IMG/VR virus record: IMGVR_UViG_3300002498_000057
DNA length: 64,000 nt
Reading direction: 5' to 3' (one strand)
Source of the DNA: a virus
Lineage: Duplodnaviria > Heunggongvirae > Uroviricota > Caudoviricetes
The notes below the pieces were generated by a model. The model worked only from the letters and a program-made list of their open reading frames with translations. It had not been told where the DNA came from and searched no databases. Both the position numbers and the translations under genes were made by a program. This document shows positions 1 through 14,131 of this stretch, in pieces; the stretch's first letter is position 1; every line of letters begins with the position of its first letter.

Positions 1-260
1 ACAGAATATATATAGTTTTGTAAAGGTATAGATCCTAAATATACATTTACTATTCAAAAATAGTAGTTGATTTATGGTTATAATAATGTATGGAACAAGT
101 TTAAAACTAGTCTTGAACCACCAACCGAAATTCTAGATAGAGACCGTTGGAGCCTGTAATGGAAGATACTTTTAGTAAATATGGTAAAATTTTTCAAATA
201 AAGGTAATATCTGCTATTTTACTAGATAAACACTTCTTTTTACAGATATATGAAATATTA

Positions 261-1550
261 AAATGACAATATTTTTAGTTATAGTCATTACAATGATTAT
301 ATAAATAGATAAAATAGTATTATCTATAGTATAATAATCTGCCTACACTATAGGTATTAGCAATAAAGCTTAAGACCATATAGAGTCAAGTTACTAAAAT
401 AGCTAATGTAGATGTATTTAGATAGGTTATAAAAAATACAAAATCTGAAGATTTACAATATATTAAAGATTAGACTACAGAATTTTGTAAAAATCAAAAC
501 TTATGATAGTCATTACAGATAATTGCATAGTTAGCAAAGACAGCAAAGCGGGAAAAATACGATCAAATAAGATTAATTATGCAAAATGCTTTACAAGCTG
601 GAACAGATACTAATATAGGTCATGATTGAAATAACTAGCTTTAGGAAAGATATAATGTGTCAGTTCGGTATTGTACTGATTTGCCCTGACCAATTTTAAC
701 TGATATTACTAATGGTGGGTTGGCTAAGGGTCAATTAGGCGTCATCGTCGGATGTGCTGCCGGCGGAAAATCATGAATGTTAGCAGCTATCGGTGCATGA
801 GCTATTAAACATGGTAAAAATGTAATACACTATACTATATAGTTAAGTAAGTATTAGGTTGGGATGAGATATGATTCGTTACTTACCAATGTTCCAAGTC
901 AAAAATTATTAATTAAAAAATAGGACAACAGATAGACACTTGAGTCTAAATAGCTTGGTAAATTACTAATACAATATTATCCACCAAGACGAGCTTCAGT
1001 TAATACGTTGGCGGCCCATATAAAGGTTTGTTAGCTTACTTGAGGCGTACCAGATTTAATTATAATGGATTATGGTGATAAATTAACTGCAACCGTAGTA
1101 AAAGGACAATAGGGTAGTTATTGGCAGGGAGCTGATATATATGATGCGTTAAAAGCGTTAGCAGGTGAAATAAATGTTCCAGTATGAACAGCATCACAAT
1201 CTAATAAATCAGGAAATTAGACATAGATTATATAGGGTCATCAAATAGCAGAATCATATGCAAAAGTAATGATAGCCGATTTTGTCATGAGTATATCAAG
1301 AAGAGCCTAGGACAGATAGTCTGGTATAGCTAGAATACATATTATAAAAAACAGAATGGGTCCTGACGGATTAACATATCAAGCAAAAACAAATATGGCG
1401 ACTGGGCATATGTAGATATTTGAAAATAATACAATATAGAGTTTAAATGTTAAAAAGGGGTCAGCAGTATCACAGAACCAAAGTATTCAAAGACAAATAA
1501 TTAAGAAAATGCAATAGCAAAAATTACAATAGCAGTATAGCTAGTAGTAA
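261..1550 (+). CDS. dnaB: DnaB-family replicative helicase (recoded; start unresolved, first in-frame ATG at 579)
   Basis: Frame open from TAA at 258 to TAA at 1548. Walker A GGKSWMLAAIG (W=TGA). TIELS aligns to DnaB SLEM with E=TAG. C-terminal ADFVMSISRR...IHIIKNRMGP matches the DnaB RecA fold. Many in-frame TAG and 7 TGA. Confidence 0.7.
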
Positions 1551-1619
1551 CAATTTTATTGAATAAAACTTAAATTCATATATTTATTATTATAAGATAT
1601 AAATATTAGGAGAACGATA

Positions 1620-2555
1620 ATGAAAAATAATAGTAAAACAATACGACAATATATATAGAAATTAAATTAGGCTAGAGATACAACCCGTGTTTGAGATAAA
1701 CGATAGGGATGACGCGGCGATAAGCTTGGAACACCATACGAAAGAAAACATAATAAATATTTTAATGATTCAACTTTCCAAGATAATATGAAAACAATAT
1801 AGTGGTAGGATTTTATGGACTATTGTAAAAAAGATCCAATTTGAAATACGATTATATCTGGCGGAGAAAAATCTAATATATCTGGTAAGCTTCTTAAATT
1901 TTGTTTAAAAAAGCAAAAATAGTGAATGAAGGACAACACAACAATGTCACCAGACGGAGATGCCGTTTATCCAATTCAACCAGTACCAGAATCAGCGTAG
2001 TTGTAGTTTAAGTAGTTTATTTCTGATTATATACAATAGCATCAATCAATCAACACTCCATTATAGCAAGGATTAGATTATTGATTATCAGATCCAATAT
2101 TAAATAAACTTCATTATAAATACTGGGATAAAAATTTATAGTGAAGTACTAAGCAACAATAGTTTTAGAATCTAAAAGAATAGTATAATAATTTAACTAT
2201 TAAATACAAATAGTAGAAAAATAGTTATATACAAAATGAAATAAACGCATAGATTATTAGAAGTAAATATAGATTAAATGAGTTACTTAATATCTAGACT
2301 AAATTGACATCAATAAAGGATGAATTATATTTACAATTATAGAGTTTAGTATAGATATATAACGCTTCTCATAGTCAGACTATAGATAAACATGAAAGAG
2401 ATTTTATTTATAATTAGTTATTATTAGAAAAACCTAAACACTTTTCAGCTAAATATTATAAGACTCTACCATGAGACCCAGATTTAATTGATGATGTTGA
2501 CTAGTTTGATCCTAATAAAGACTATGATGGATTTGACGATTAGTAGGAAGAATAA
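1620..2555 (+). CDS. hypothetical protein with poly-acidic C-terminus (recoded)
   Basis: SD AGGAG + ATG; single frame to TAA with ~25 in-frame TAG and several TGA; no domain recognised. Confidence 0.4.
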
Positions 2556-2572
2556 ACAATAAAGAAGATTAA

Positions 2573-3193
2573 ATGTTAAGTGTATATAAAGGTATTTATG
2601 TCGTATGTAAACGTGGTAAAAATTTTAAAAATTATTTTGTCCATGTAATTAAAAAACTTATATTTGGATTTTATATATGTAAAATTTATAAAAAAAATAC
2701 CCAATATTATAATATACATGCATTAAAATATTTATAGAAATTTGTTAACATATAGATTAGAAAAACTACACAGTTGTCTGAATAGACTTCATTCTTAATA
2801 TCAACTATTGATAGATTAAAGCATAGTAAAATTACAAATTTAGTTAGATGTTTATCAAAACAAGATAATTCTTATATAGGTTGTCCATAGTATGTATTGA
2901 ACTTTATAAATATTGGAATAGATAAATTTTATTATTTATAGCAGTAGTTAAATATTTCGCAAATAGGATATAATTCATTACAAAAAAAATGATTTTTTAT
3001 TCAAAATAATAAAGTGTATTAGTTAGTGCATTGACATAATTTTCCACTACAACTAATACGATAGAAATTGTTATAGTTATATAAACCAGTATAGATTCCA
3101 AATATAAAATAGATTCTATTAAATACAGAAAAACAAAAATTACAAAAAGTACGATAGATTTTAAAAAATAAAAAGGATAATAAGGTAAAATAA
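2573..3193 (+). CDS. GIY-YIG-like endonuclease candidate (recoded), immediately upstream of nrdJ
   Basis: N-terminal KGIYVVCKRGKNFKNYFVHV resembles a GIY-(10)-YIG motif; frame open to TAA at 3191 using TAG/TGA as sense. Confidence 0.35.
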
Positions 3194-3196
3194 TAT

Positions 3197-5752
3197 ATGA
3201 TAAAAATGTAGTAGTTTTCAAAATATATATGATAGACAAATTATAAAGGACCAAACGATAATACAATATAGGACACTTGAAGAAGAATTGCAAAAACAGC
3301 AGCGTCGTTATAGAAAAATAAATAGTATTGATAGGAATAGTTTTATAATATATTATATAATTTTTAGGTTGTTCCCGGCGGTAGGATAAATGCAAACATT
3401 GGTATATAGTAGCGAAAAAATGCTAGTTTGTTTAATTGTTATGTTTATAACCCTCAAGATTTTGGAATAAAAGATATTGATAGTATATAGACAATTTTTA
3501 ATACTTTAAAGCAATCAGCAAAGATATTGGCTAGTTAGGGCGGGTTGGGTATAAATTTAAGTTGAATACGGCCCAACGGTTCATTTATACATGGTACGGG
3601 GGTAAGAACACCCGGCGTATTAAAATTTATGTAGTTGTGAGATAAGACGAGCTAGATAATAACATTAGGTAGTAATAAAAAAATTAGTGATAAATATAAG
3701 CATATATAGAAAAAAAAGATACGTAAAGGCGCGCTTATGGGTATCTTAGATATATGTCATGCAGACATTAAATAGTTTATAGTTGTAAAACAGAATGCAA
3801 ATGTTCTAACGAAATTTAATTTATCCATTATGATTTCTGATAAATTTATGCATGCCGTATAGAGTAATTAGGATTGATAGTTAAAATTTCCAGATACATA
3901 GTTTTAGAAATATAAAGAGTAGTGAGACGGTAACTTTCAAAAGTGATAGGATAATGGATATCCATTTATAGTTTTTTAGGTAGTAAAAGCAAAATAGTTA
4001 TGAGATATGATAATGATGTCAACATATAATAGAAATTAGCCAGGTGTATTATTTCTTGATACAATAAATAGATTAAACCCGGTAAGTTATTGCGAATACA
4101 TATGTTGTACAAATCCCTGTTCATAGATTCCGCAACCAAGTAATATTTGTAATTTATCAAATGTTAATTTAGTTAAATTTTTTAGTAAATAGACCGGATA
4201 GTTTTAGTTTGAAAAATTTGGAAAATACGTCGCAGTAATTGTTAGATTTTTAGATAATATATTAGACATCTCAACTATTCCAATACAATAGTATAGATAG
4301 CTTATTGAGGATAAGCGACGAATTGGAATTGGTGTCTTAGGTTAGGGCTCTCTATTATATATGATGAAAATGAGATTTGGGTCAAAATAGGCAATATAGT
4401 TTATAGATAAGTTGTTTAAATATAAATCATAGATATAGCATTTGACCTCAGCAAACCTTGGAAAATAGAAGGGGTCATTTAAGGCATTTGATAAATAGAA
4501 ATATTTTAACACATAGTATTGAAAAAGTTTGTAGATTTCCTAGAATATTAAACGTGAGATATAGAATATCGGTTATATGAGAAATTCAGTACATTCAACT
4601 TCAGCTCCAACAGGTAATACTGGAATATATGCCGGTGTAGTTTCTGGAGGAATATAGCCAGTAATAGAAAAAAGCGGTATAAGATGAGTTGTTGTTAATC
4701 AATAGTAGAAATTTAACCTATAGAAATATATCTTTCCAGATCCTCATAGGGGATAGTGATTTGAAACAAATTAGTTAAAATTTATCAAATGCGGGAATGA
4801 ATAGATATTATAGGGATATGTTGAAGATATAAAATATCGTATTGATAAAAACCGAGGAATGACAAAATAGGTTGATGTATAGGATTATGGCTGGGCGTAT
4901 GTTAAAAAGCATTATGATGATGCTTATAATAATAATTATATTGTATAGGCAAAATAGCTATCTGTATAGTAGCATATAAATATGTTAAAAGCTTCTGCTA
5001 AATATATAAATCAAAATCAATCAAAAACTGTAAATTTACCGTCGAGTTATACATTCGAAGATTTTAAAAATGTTTTCTACGATGCTTGAAAGAGTAATAT
5101 AAAGGGTATTACTACTTACCGTGATGGAACGATGGCAGCTGTTATATAGAAAAAGAAGTAGCAATAGTAGTATAAAACATAGTTATAGAGATTATTTGTA
5201 TAGTCTAACGGTAATGTTATTAAAGACTATGTTAAATTACCAAAATAGTTTGATTCAAAAACATATGTAGTTAAAGATGTAAATAATAAGAAATGGTACA
5301 TTACTTTAGGGTTTGCAGACAAAGCTTGTAAAAAACCATTTGCTATGTTTATAAGAACTAATGCACACATCGCAACAGATATAGCTAATACTACAATATA
5401 GGCAATATAGGATTTACTTAGACGCAAAGGAATTTCATAGCATTTAATTATATAGCAGCAATAGAAATATTTAAAACAAAATAATCTTGATAAAATTGCG
5501 AGAGCCATTGGAATGGCAATGAGACATAATGTTAAGATGATGGATATTGTAAGTGTATTAGAATAGTATAATGATGGATTATCTACAATACTATTTCATA
5601 TACGTAAACTATTAACTAAATTTATACCAGATGGAACTGTTGTTAATATTAATAATAATAAAGTAAAATGCATAGAGTGTGGACAATAGACAATAGTATA
5701 TTAGTCCGGGTGTAAAAATTGTAAAAGTTGTGGATGAACTGCATGTGGATAA
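3197..5752 (+). CDS. nrdJ: class II (adenosylcobalamin-type) ribonucleotide reductase NrdJ (recoded)
   Basis: Single 852-codon frame. Motifs PGGRINANIG, GGLGINLS.IRPNG...GTGVRTPGVLKFM and active-site NPCSEIP. C-terminal KGITTYRDGT and a Cys4 ribbon CIECG...CKNCKSCGWTAC with W=TGA. More than 60 in-frame TAG. Confidence 0.8.
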
Positions 5753-5774
5753 AATAATAGGAGAATAAAATAAA

Positions 5775-6044
5775 ATGAAAATAACCAAACAAGATTTAAA
5801 ACAAATGATTAAATAGTAGTTAAATAATCAACAGACTACAAAAATTTATGTATAGAATTATCCATGATATATACGTAAAATAGATTCAACTCATATTGCT
5901 ATGTCAAATAAATAGAATAGTGATAATCCAGCAATATACCATGTAGGTCAATTAAAAGATAGATAGTACTATAATGATTTAGTATAGTGGCTTCATGGAG
6001 AAAAATCAATATAGAATAATAAATATTAGTAGGATATAAAATAA
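5775..6044 (+). CDS. hypothetical small protein (recoded)
   Basis: SD + ATG, TAA stop, several in-frame TAG. Confidence 0.3.
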
Positions 6045-6045
6045 A

Positions 6046-6660
6046 ATGGCAAAGAAAAAAAATGATTTAAAATAGATAAAGCAAGTAATATTATAGCAAT
6101 AGTAGTAGAGTACTTAGTAGCAAAAAGTATAGTAGTAGAAAGATAAATAGAATAATCCAGATAAAGGGTGCTTACTATTATAGCTATAGATTAAACATTG
6201 GGATAAATTATTAAAGGTATTTGTTCCAACTAAAGAAGATATATATAATGATAATACAGATGATTTTGGATATTCATAGACTCCACATATTACAATATTA
6301 TATGGATTCTTAGATAGATAGAATATTGATAAATAGAAATTACAATAGTATTTAATACCAACTGATAATATTAAACCTAAAATCACTGGTATGTCTTTAT
6401 TTGAATTATAGAAATATGATGTATTAAAATTTGATGTAGAATGTAAATAGTTAGTCAATATGAATAAGCAAATAGCTAAAAATTTCAAATATTCTAATGA
6501 CTATAGTAAATATATACCCCATATTACAATAGCATATTTATTACCTGGAACTGGAAAGAAATATGTTAAAAATATTAAATTATTTTATCCAAAAGTAAAA
6601 TAGTATATTTATAATTATAAAAATGTTGATACATAGTTAATTCCATTAAAACTAAAATAA
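6046..6660 (+). CDS. 2H phosphoesterase, LigT-like (2',3'-cyclic phosphodiesterase / 2'-5' RNA ligase family) with acidic N-terminal tail
   Basis: Two H-x-T-x motifs (TPHITILYG and IPHITIAYL) in one frame; N-terminal run of TAG (Glu) codons; TAA stop. Confidence 0.65.
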
Positions 6661-6936
6661 TTGTGATAACTTTAAATACAGTGTATATAATTAAATATAA
6701 AAATGACTAAAAAAGAGTATCAATTAAAAAAAAATGAAGCTATTATATTAAAAGATAAAACTATGTAGGTATTAATATCTTAGATGTACATTGATACCCT
6801 CGAATAGCGTATTAAATAGCTTGAGAATGATGGGTTAAGATTAGTTCATTTGCATTATCCAACAGTATTAGAGGGAACAATAACCACATCAGCATCAATT
6901 TGAGAATATGACGAATAAAATAAATTAATATAAATA

Positions 6937-7008
6937 GCCAATCTAGCTCAACGGTAGAGCACAAGTTTTGTAAACTTGAGGTTATGGGTTCGAAACCCTT
7001 GATTGGCT
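6937..7008 (+). tRNA. tRNA-Thr(UGU)
   Basis: Cloverleaf with acceptor GCCAATC/GATTGGC, anticodon stem CAAGT/ACTTG, loop TTTGTAA, T-loop TTCGAAA; CCA encoded. Confidence 0.85.
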
Positions 7009-7071
7009 CCAATAAATCTAATCTGAATGATAGATTTAAATAAAATACTAATCTAAGGAGAGTTAAAGATT

Positions 7072-8979
<1,908 letters not shown>

Positions 8980-9051
8980 CTAATGTAAGTGTTAAAATAT
9001 TTTATAGGAGGTGGTGCATAACTGTATCATTATTAATACTTATAGAAATAT

Positions 9052-9078
9052 GGCATCGAAAGGTGCCTATTTTTATTT
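9052..9078 (+). terminator. rho-independent terminator after dnaK
   Basis: GGCATC-GAAA-GGTGCC hairpin followed by TATTTTTATTT. Confidence 0.5.
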
Positions 9079-9116
9079 AAAATAATTGTGATAATGTTAG
9101 ACTAAATTGATATAAT
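9079..9116 (+). promoter_or_regulatory. conserved phage promoter motif copy 1 (AAAATAATTGTGATAA-N15-TATAAT)
   Basis: TTGTGA 9086-9091, 19-nt spacer, TATAAT 9111-9116 with TGn extended -10; SD GGGAG and ATG follow. Confidence 0.6.
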
Positions 9117-9137
9117 AATATTACAAGGGAGTAAAAA

Positions 9138-9422
9138 ATGGTTAGAATTACAGTAGAGTTATTACCGCATGGTAGTGAAAGTGCTAAAAGAAAAATTGCT
9201 AGTATGGATATTATCAATGATGGAACAGGTAATATTGATAATGGAAATTATAAATATAAAATATACAGTGTAGAGGCTTTAGGAATGTCAAAAGAACTTA
9301 GAAATCTTGATGTAATTAAATATAATGATGACTATAAAAATCACTTACGTAAAAAAGGTATTTGGAGCTTAATACATAATATATTTAAATCAATACCAGA
9401 TAATAGTTTAGATAGACCATAA
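9138..9422 (+). CDS. hypothetical protein
   Basis: ORF with own promoter and SD, no internal TAG/TGA, TAA stop. Confidence 0.5.
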   Translation: MVRITVELLPHGSESAKRKIASMDIINDGTGNIDNGNYKYKIYSVEALGMSKELRNLDVIKYNDDYKNHLRKKGIWSLIHNIFKSIPDNSLDRP

Positions 9423-9458
9423 AATAATTGTGATAAATCGCAAAATCATAATTATAAT
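9421..9458 (+). promoter_or_regulatory. conserved promoter motif copy 2
   Basis: TTGTGA 9428-9433, 19-nt spacer, TATAAT 9453-9458. Confidence 0.6.
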
Positions 9459-9491
9459 TAAACTATATTAAGAAAATATGAGGTTACTAAG

Positions 9492-10313
9492 ATGATTATT
9501 AAAACAGACAATTCGAATGTTATTGAAACTTTAAAGCCTTTTAGGGTTGCAGAGAAAGATATTTTTACTGATAAGTCTAAAGTAGACGGGTATAAAGCAA
9601 TTTGTTATGAACAGGATAATCGTCCAATTTGTATTGTATCAAATACCTATGGATTATTACAACACGATGAAGTAATACAGACCACTTTTGATGATTTAAA
9701 TAATATCGGGGTAAACTATGATGTTAAACAAGTTACATTAAATACTGGTTTAAAACGTAACACTATGGCAACTACTATAACACTGCCAGATCTTAAGATA
9801 AATGTTGATGGTAGTGATATTATCGGTACTATTTATATTCATAATGGAACAGACGGTATGACATCATTTACCCGTGAACTTGGATTTTATCGTAGCATTT
9901 GCCAAAATGGAATGAGAGTTCCACAACAATTACTTATATCTGAAAAGCTTAAGCATCGTAAGAATATTATAATGATGAACCTTGAAGAAGGAATTGAATC
10001 GATTACTAAGTATTTACCCAAGTTTGGAGAAATACTTGAAAAGGCACAACAAGTTAAATTAGACCAATTAAATTTAGATATTATGGCTAAAATGTTGCAT
10101 ATTGCTCCACGGGTATTTAATACTATTATATCTGGTGAATATGTTAATAAGTATAAAGATTTAATTGATGAACAAGCAGATATGAATACACTATGGGGAT
10201 TTTATCAAGTCATGACTAATTACCTTACACACTATGTCGCCAATAAATCTATTAGAACTGCTCAAGTTATGAATAGCCAGCTATATAGCTATATGCTTCA
10301 ACAAGTGGCATAA
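9492..10313 (+). CDS. hypothetical protein
   Basis: 273-aa ORF with SD GAGGT, stop-codon-free, TAA stop. Confidence 0.55.
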   Translation: MIIKTDNSNVIETLKPFRVAEKDIFTDKSKVDGYKAICYEQDNRPICIVSNTYGLLQHDEVIQTTFDDLNNIGVNYDVKQVTLNTGLKRNTMATTITLPDLKINVDGSDIIGTIYIHNGTDGMTSFTRELGFYRSICQNGMRVPQQLLISEKLKHRKNIIMMNLEEGIESITKYLPKFGEILEKAQQVKLDQLNLDIMAKMLHIAPRVFNTIISGEYVNKYKDLIDEQADMNTLWGFYQVMTNYLTHYVANKSIRTAQVMNSQLYSYMLQQVA

Positions 10314-10397
10314 GAATTTAATATTAAATAAATATCTAGACTATAGTAAAATATAACTTACTATAGTCTAGACTTATAATAACAATAAAGGGAAATA

Positions 10398-11468
10398 ATG
10401 GAAAGGTCATATTATTAGATACTGGGTGTTGATAAAACAGCTAATGTAGATTAGGTTAAAAAAGCTTATCGTAAACTAGCAATGTAGCACCATCCTGATA
10501 AGAACAATAATAATAAATAGTCATAGGATAAATTTAAATAGTTAAGTGAAGCATATGAAGTATTATCAGATCAACAAAAACGGCAACAATATGATATGTT
10601 TGGAAAAGGTGGAGTTAATACATCAAATATAAATGACATGTTTGGTCATGGATTTGGTTTTGAGTCTATATTTGATTCTATATTTAACCATAGAAATCCA
10701 TTTAATAGGCAACAACATCAACAACAACGAGTTGAAAAAAGTTAGGATCTTGTAATAGAAGTGTAGATAAATTTAACTGATACAGTATAGAATATTTAGA
10801 TTATTAAATAGATATAGTATAAAGTTAAGTGTAAAAAATGCAATGGAACAAAGTCATAGGATGGTAAAACTCATAATTGTACTACCTGTAATGGAACTGG
10901 TATAATTACAAGAGTTACTAATATGGGTTCAATGGTAATGCAACAGCAAATGACTTGTAATAGTTGCAATGGAGTTGGAAATGTTATATAGACCTTGTGC
11001 AGTAGTTGTAATGGAACTGGATTTTAGTTATAGAAAAAAAATATTAATATAACTATTCCAAGGGGTATAGAGTCTAATGTAAAACTTCAACTTAAAGACA
11101 TTGGAAATATTAATAAAGATAGGCCTGGTGATATAATTGTTATAATAAATGTAATTAATAACACAATATTTACTAGAGATAATAATAATTTAATATATAT
11201 TTACCCTATACAATATTATGATTTAATTCTTGGAACTAAGTTTATTTTAAAAACTATATATGATAAATAGCTTTAGATAACTATACCATCAGGGATTAAA
11301 GAGTCAATAAGTATACCTAATTAGGGCATATATAGTATATTTGTAAACAATAGTAATACTAGGGGTATATTACAAATAAATTTATAGTGTAAAATACCAT
11401 CAAAATAGTAGATTGAACAAAATTAGATTACATTATTATAGAACATAAAGGAGATCCGAAATGGATAA
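10398..11468 (+). CDS. dnaJ: co-chaperone DnaJ (J domain + Gly/Phe region + CxxCxGxG zinc-finger repeats), recoded
   Basis: SYY.ILGV..., [14 protein letters not shown] and [20 protein letters not shown]; four CxxCxG repeats ([31 protein letters not shown]); TAG at conserved Glu of DYYEILGV. Confidence 0.8.
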
Positions 11469-11937
11469 AAAGGTAATAGTATGTTCACAATGTCATAAAA
11501 CACAGAGAATGGTATAGACTACTATAAAATAGTTTAAATGTTGTAAATGTTTAGATTAGAAAGATCCATTTATACAATAGTATTTTAATAAAATTGCTTA
11601 GAACAAGGATAAGCCTATAGGTACTTTAGTTAAAAAGCCGAGAGGCTGGAAGTTTATGAAAATATTTGTTGATAGTTAGGGCAATGTATATTTTCGCGGA
11701 GTATTACAGCCATAGTTAAAAAACACTTTACCAATAACAATAATAGAAAAAAAATAGAAAAAACAAAAAATATCAAACAGACAAAAATCAGAAAATTAGA
11801 TTTAGATGTTTGCAAAAATAAATAGCTTAAAGAATTAGATTATAGCATGTTATCAAGACAAAGATAAAAAGAAAGCTCATAGATTATAGAAAGAATTAAA
11901 TTAGTATAAACATAGGTTTAAAAAAGTTTTAAAGTAA
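11461..11937 (+). CDS. hypothetical protein with N-terminal zinc ribbon (recoded)
   Basis: AAGGAG SD, ATG overlapping dnaJ stop; CSQCHK...CCKC; many TAG; TAA stop. Confidence 0.35.
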
Positions 11938-11947
11938 AGGTATTAAA

Positions 11948-12457
11948 ATGAGTAAATAGATAATATACAGCGGTAACTGGTTAAAGCTAATAAATATAGA
12001 TTTTAATAATAAACAGTATTAGTATGTATAGAGAATAGATAATACAAAAGCTGTAGTTATTATAGCAATAAAATAGTCTCATATATATGGAAGAAAATAT
12101 CAATTAATACTACAAGATAGACCAACCTTCGATACCTATATATTATAGTTTCCAGCTGGACTAATTGATAAAATGTAGACAATAGAATGTGCAGCATTAA
12201 GATAGCTTAAATAGGAAACTGGATACAGTGGAGTTGTAAAAAAAGTTAGTAATGCTTCTCCAAGCTCAGCTGGATTATCTACAGAATTATTATACTTTGT
12301 AACAATATAGATTACTGAACAAGATAAAGTATAGTTAAATGATTAGAATAATAATATAGTTATCTTACCGCTAATGACAAAATCTGAAATAATAGATTAT
12401 ATTGGTAATACAAATTATTTAATATCAAGTAGAGTATATTGTTATTTTATGAATTAA
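11948..12457 (+). CDS. Nudix hydrolase (recoded; catalytic Glu codons are TAG)
   Basis: FPAGLIDKM[TAG]TIECAALR[TAG]LK[TAG]ETGY fits the Nudix box G-x5-E-x7-REUxEExGU only if TAG=Glu. Confidence 0.7.
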
Positions 12458-12514
12458 ACAAAATTTTTAAATAAAATATTTATACTGATATTTATATATA
12501 AGGAGAGTTTTACT

Positions 12515-12880
12515 ATGAGAACTGTAATATATAAAGATTGAATTACTAGAGACTACATAAAATAGAATCTAGATAAGATATTTCTGTTTGGTGATAATTT
12601 ATGACATCTTGGTTTTGGTGGTCAAGCTGCATAGTATAGGGGGTAGATAAATGCAATTGGAATACCAACTAAAATATCTCCGTATATGTTATAGAAATCA
12701 TTCTTTTCAGATTAGCAATTTGAATATAATAAGATTGACATAGACACTGCATTTAATTTAATACCAGATAATGTAACTGTTATAATACCGAGTGACGGAT
12801 TGGGAACAGGATTAGCTCAATTACCAACTAGAGCTCCTAAAACATATTAGTATATACTTAAAAAAATAAAGGAATTATAA
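12515..12880 (+). CDS. hypothetical protein (recoded)
   Basis: SD AAGGAGAG + ATG; TAG and TGA in frame; TAA stop. Confidence 0.35.
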
Positions 12881-12884
12881 TCGT

Positions 12885-13160
12885 ATGTTAGACCATGAAG
12901 CTTTTCAAACATTAAGATAGTTACATGGATATTGTATTGCAAATACTAAAACTAATTTTAAAATAATAAATGAATTATTTAATGACTGTCAAAAGGTTAA
13001 TTAGGTATTGGAATTAGAATATACTTGTATTAAATGTGAAAAAAAGAGTAAACAATTTTGTAATAGTATATCATTCTTATATGGCTTCTTACCAATATGT
13101 AAAAAGTGCTTAAAAAAGAAAGGTACTAAAGCTAAAAATAATTGTGATAAAATTGAGTAA
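12885..13160 (+). CDS. hypothetical Cys-rich small protein (recoded)
   Basis: ATG after short spacer; two TAG codons; stop lies inside the next promoter motif. Confidence 0.3.
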
Positions 13161-13172
13161 GCTGAGTATAAT
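13133..13172 (+). promoter_or_regulatory. conserved promoter motif copy 3
   Basis: TTGTGA 13142-13147, 19-nt spacer, TATAAT 13167-13172. Confidence 0.6.
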
Positions 13173-13180
13173 ATAAATAT

Positions 13181-14046
13181 ATGGATAATTTAAACGGTAT
13201 AAGTATATATTAGTGCAAATATTGTGGAAAGTAGTGAAATACTTCAACTCAAAGAAATGGTCATCAAACTATGTGTAAAGCTAATCCAAAGTATGAATAG
13301 ATACACAATAAAATAAATGAAAAAAATAGTAATAGGATATGGCCAAATCAACAAATAACAAAAACATTCTTATGTAAAAAATGTAATAAATAGTATAGTG
13401 TAACAGCTACATAGTATGTATTTAATAAAGGTACTTATAAAAAACATTGTTCTATGGCTTGTTCAAATGCACATGTATGAACATAGTCGGGAAAATATAA
13501 ACTTAGTATTATTTGTAAAAATAGTGAAAAAGTATTAGCATTTAATAAGTCTAGACCTATAAAACCATATGTTCTTATTTGTGCTGTATGTAATAAATAG
13601 TACAGAGCTAGTACAGAGCTAGTAATGATAAGAATCCATATTGTTCAGTAAAATGTAAAAATATAGTAATACCTAGAAAAGTTGGGTCAGGTGGAAATAG
13701 ACCCGGGGCTGGTAGAGGTAAAGCGGGTTGATATAATGGAATTCAATGTGATAGTAGTTGATAGTTAGCGTATGTAATATATTGTTTATAGCATGATATA
13801 AAAGTATCACGGTGTAAATAGACCAGATATTATTAGTTTGAAGGTAAAGAATATAAATATTTTCCAGATTTTGTAGTAAATAATATAGTGATATAGATTA
13901 AAGGTTGATTAACTAAAAAAGATCAAGCTAAAATATAGAATAATAAAGATGTAGTTGTATTGCAAGAATGTGATTTAAAATAGCAATTTGACTACGTGAT
14001 ATCAAAGTACGGAATAGATTTTATAAAATTATATTAGAAAAAATAA
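13181..14046 (+). pseudogene. zinc-finger + PD-(D/E)xK endonuclease, split by a -1 frameshift caused by an 11-bp tandem duplication
   Basis: N-terminal CxxC fingers end at TAA 13647. The C-terminal part (CDSSWELAY...YFPDFVV..IEIKGW) is in a different frame from 13597. Direct repeat TAGTACAGAGC x2 at 13602-13623. Intact paralog at 35495-36310. Confidence 0.55.
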
Positions 14047-14059
14047 TAAATCTTTATAT

Positions 14060-14131
14060 GGGTGACTCATCCAATGGTTAGGATCCTGGATTTCAACCCC
14101 AGTCATATGCGTTCGAGTCGTATGTCACCTG
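14060..14131 (+). tRNA. tRNA-Trp(UCA), opal-decoding
   Basis: Acceptor GGGTGAC/GTCACCT, anticodon loop TTTCAAC (UCA), T-loop TTCGAGT, discriminator G, CCA encoded. Confidence 0.85.
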
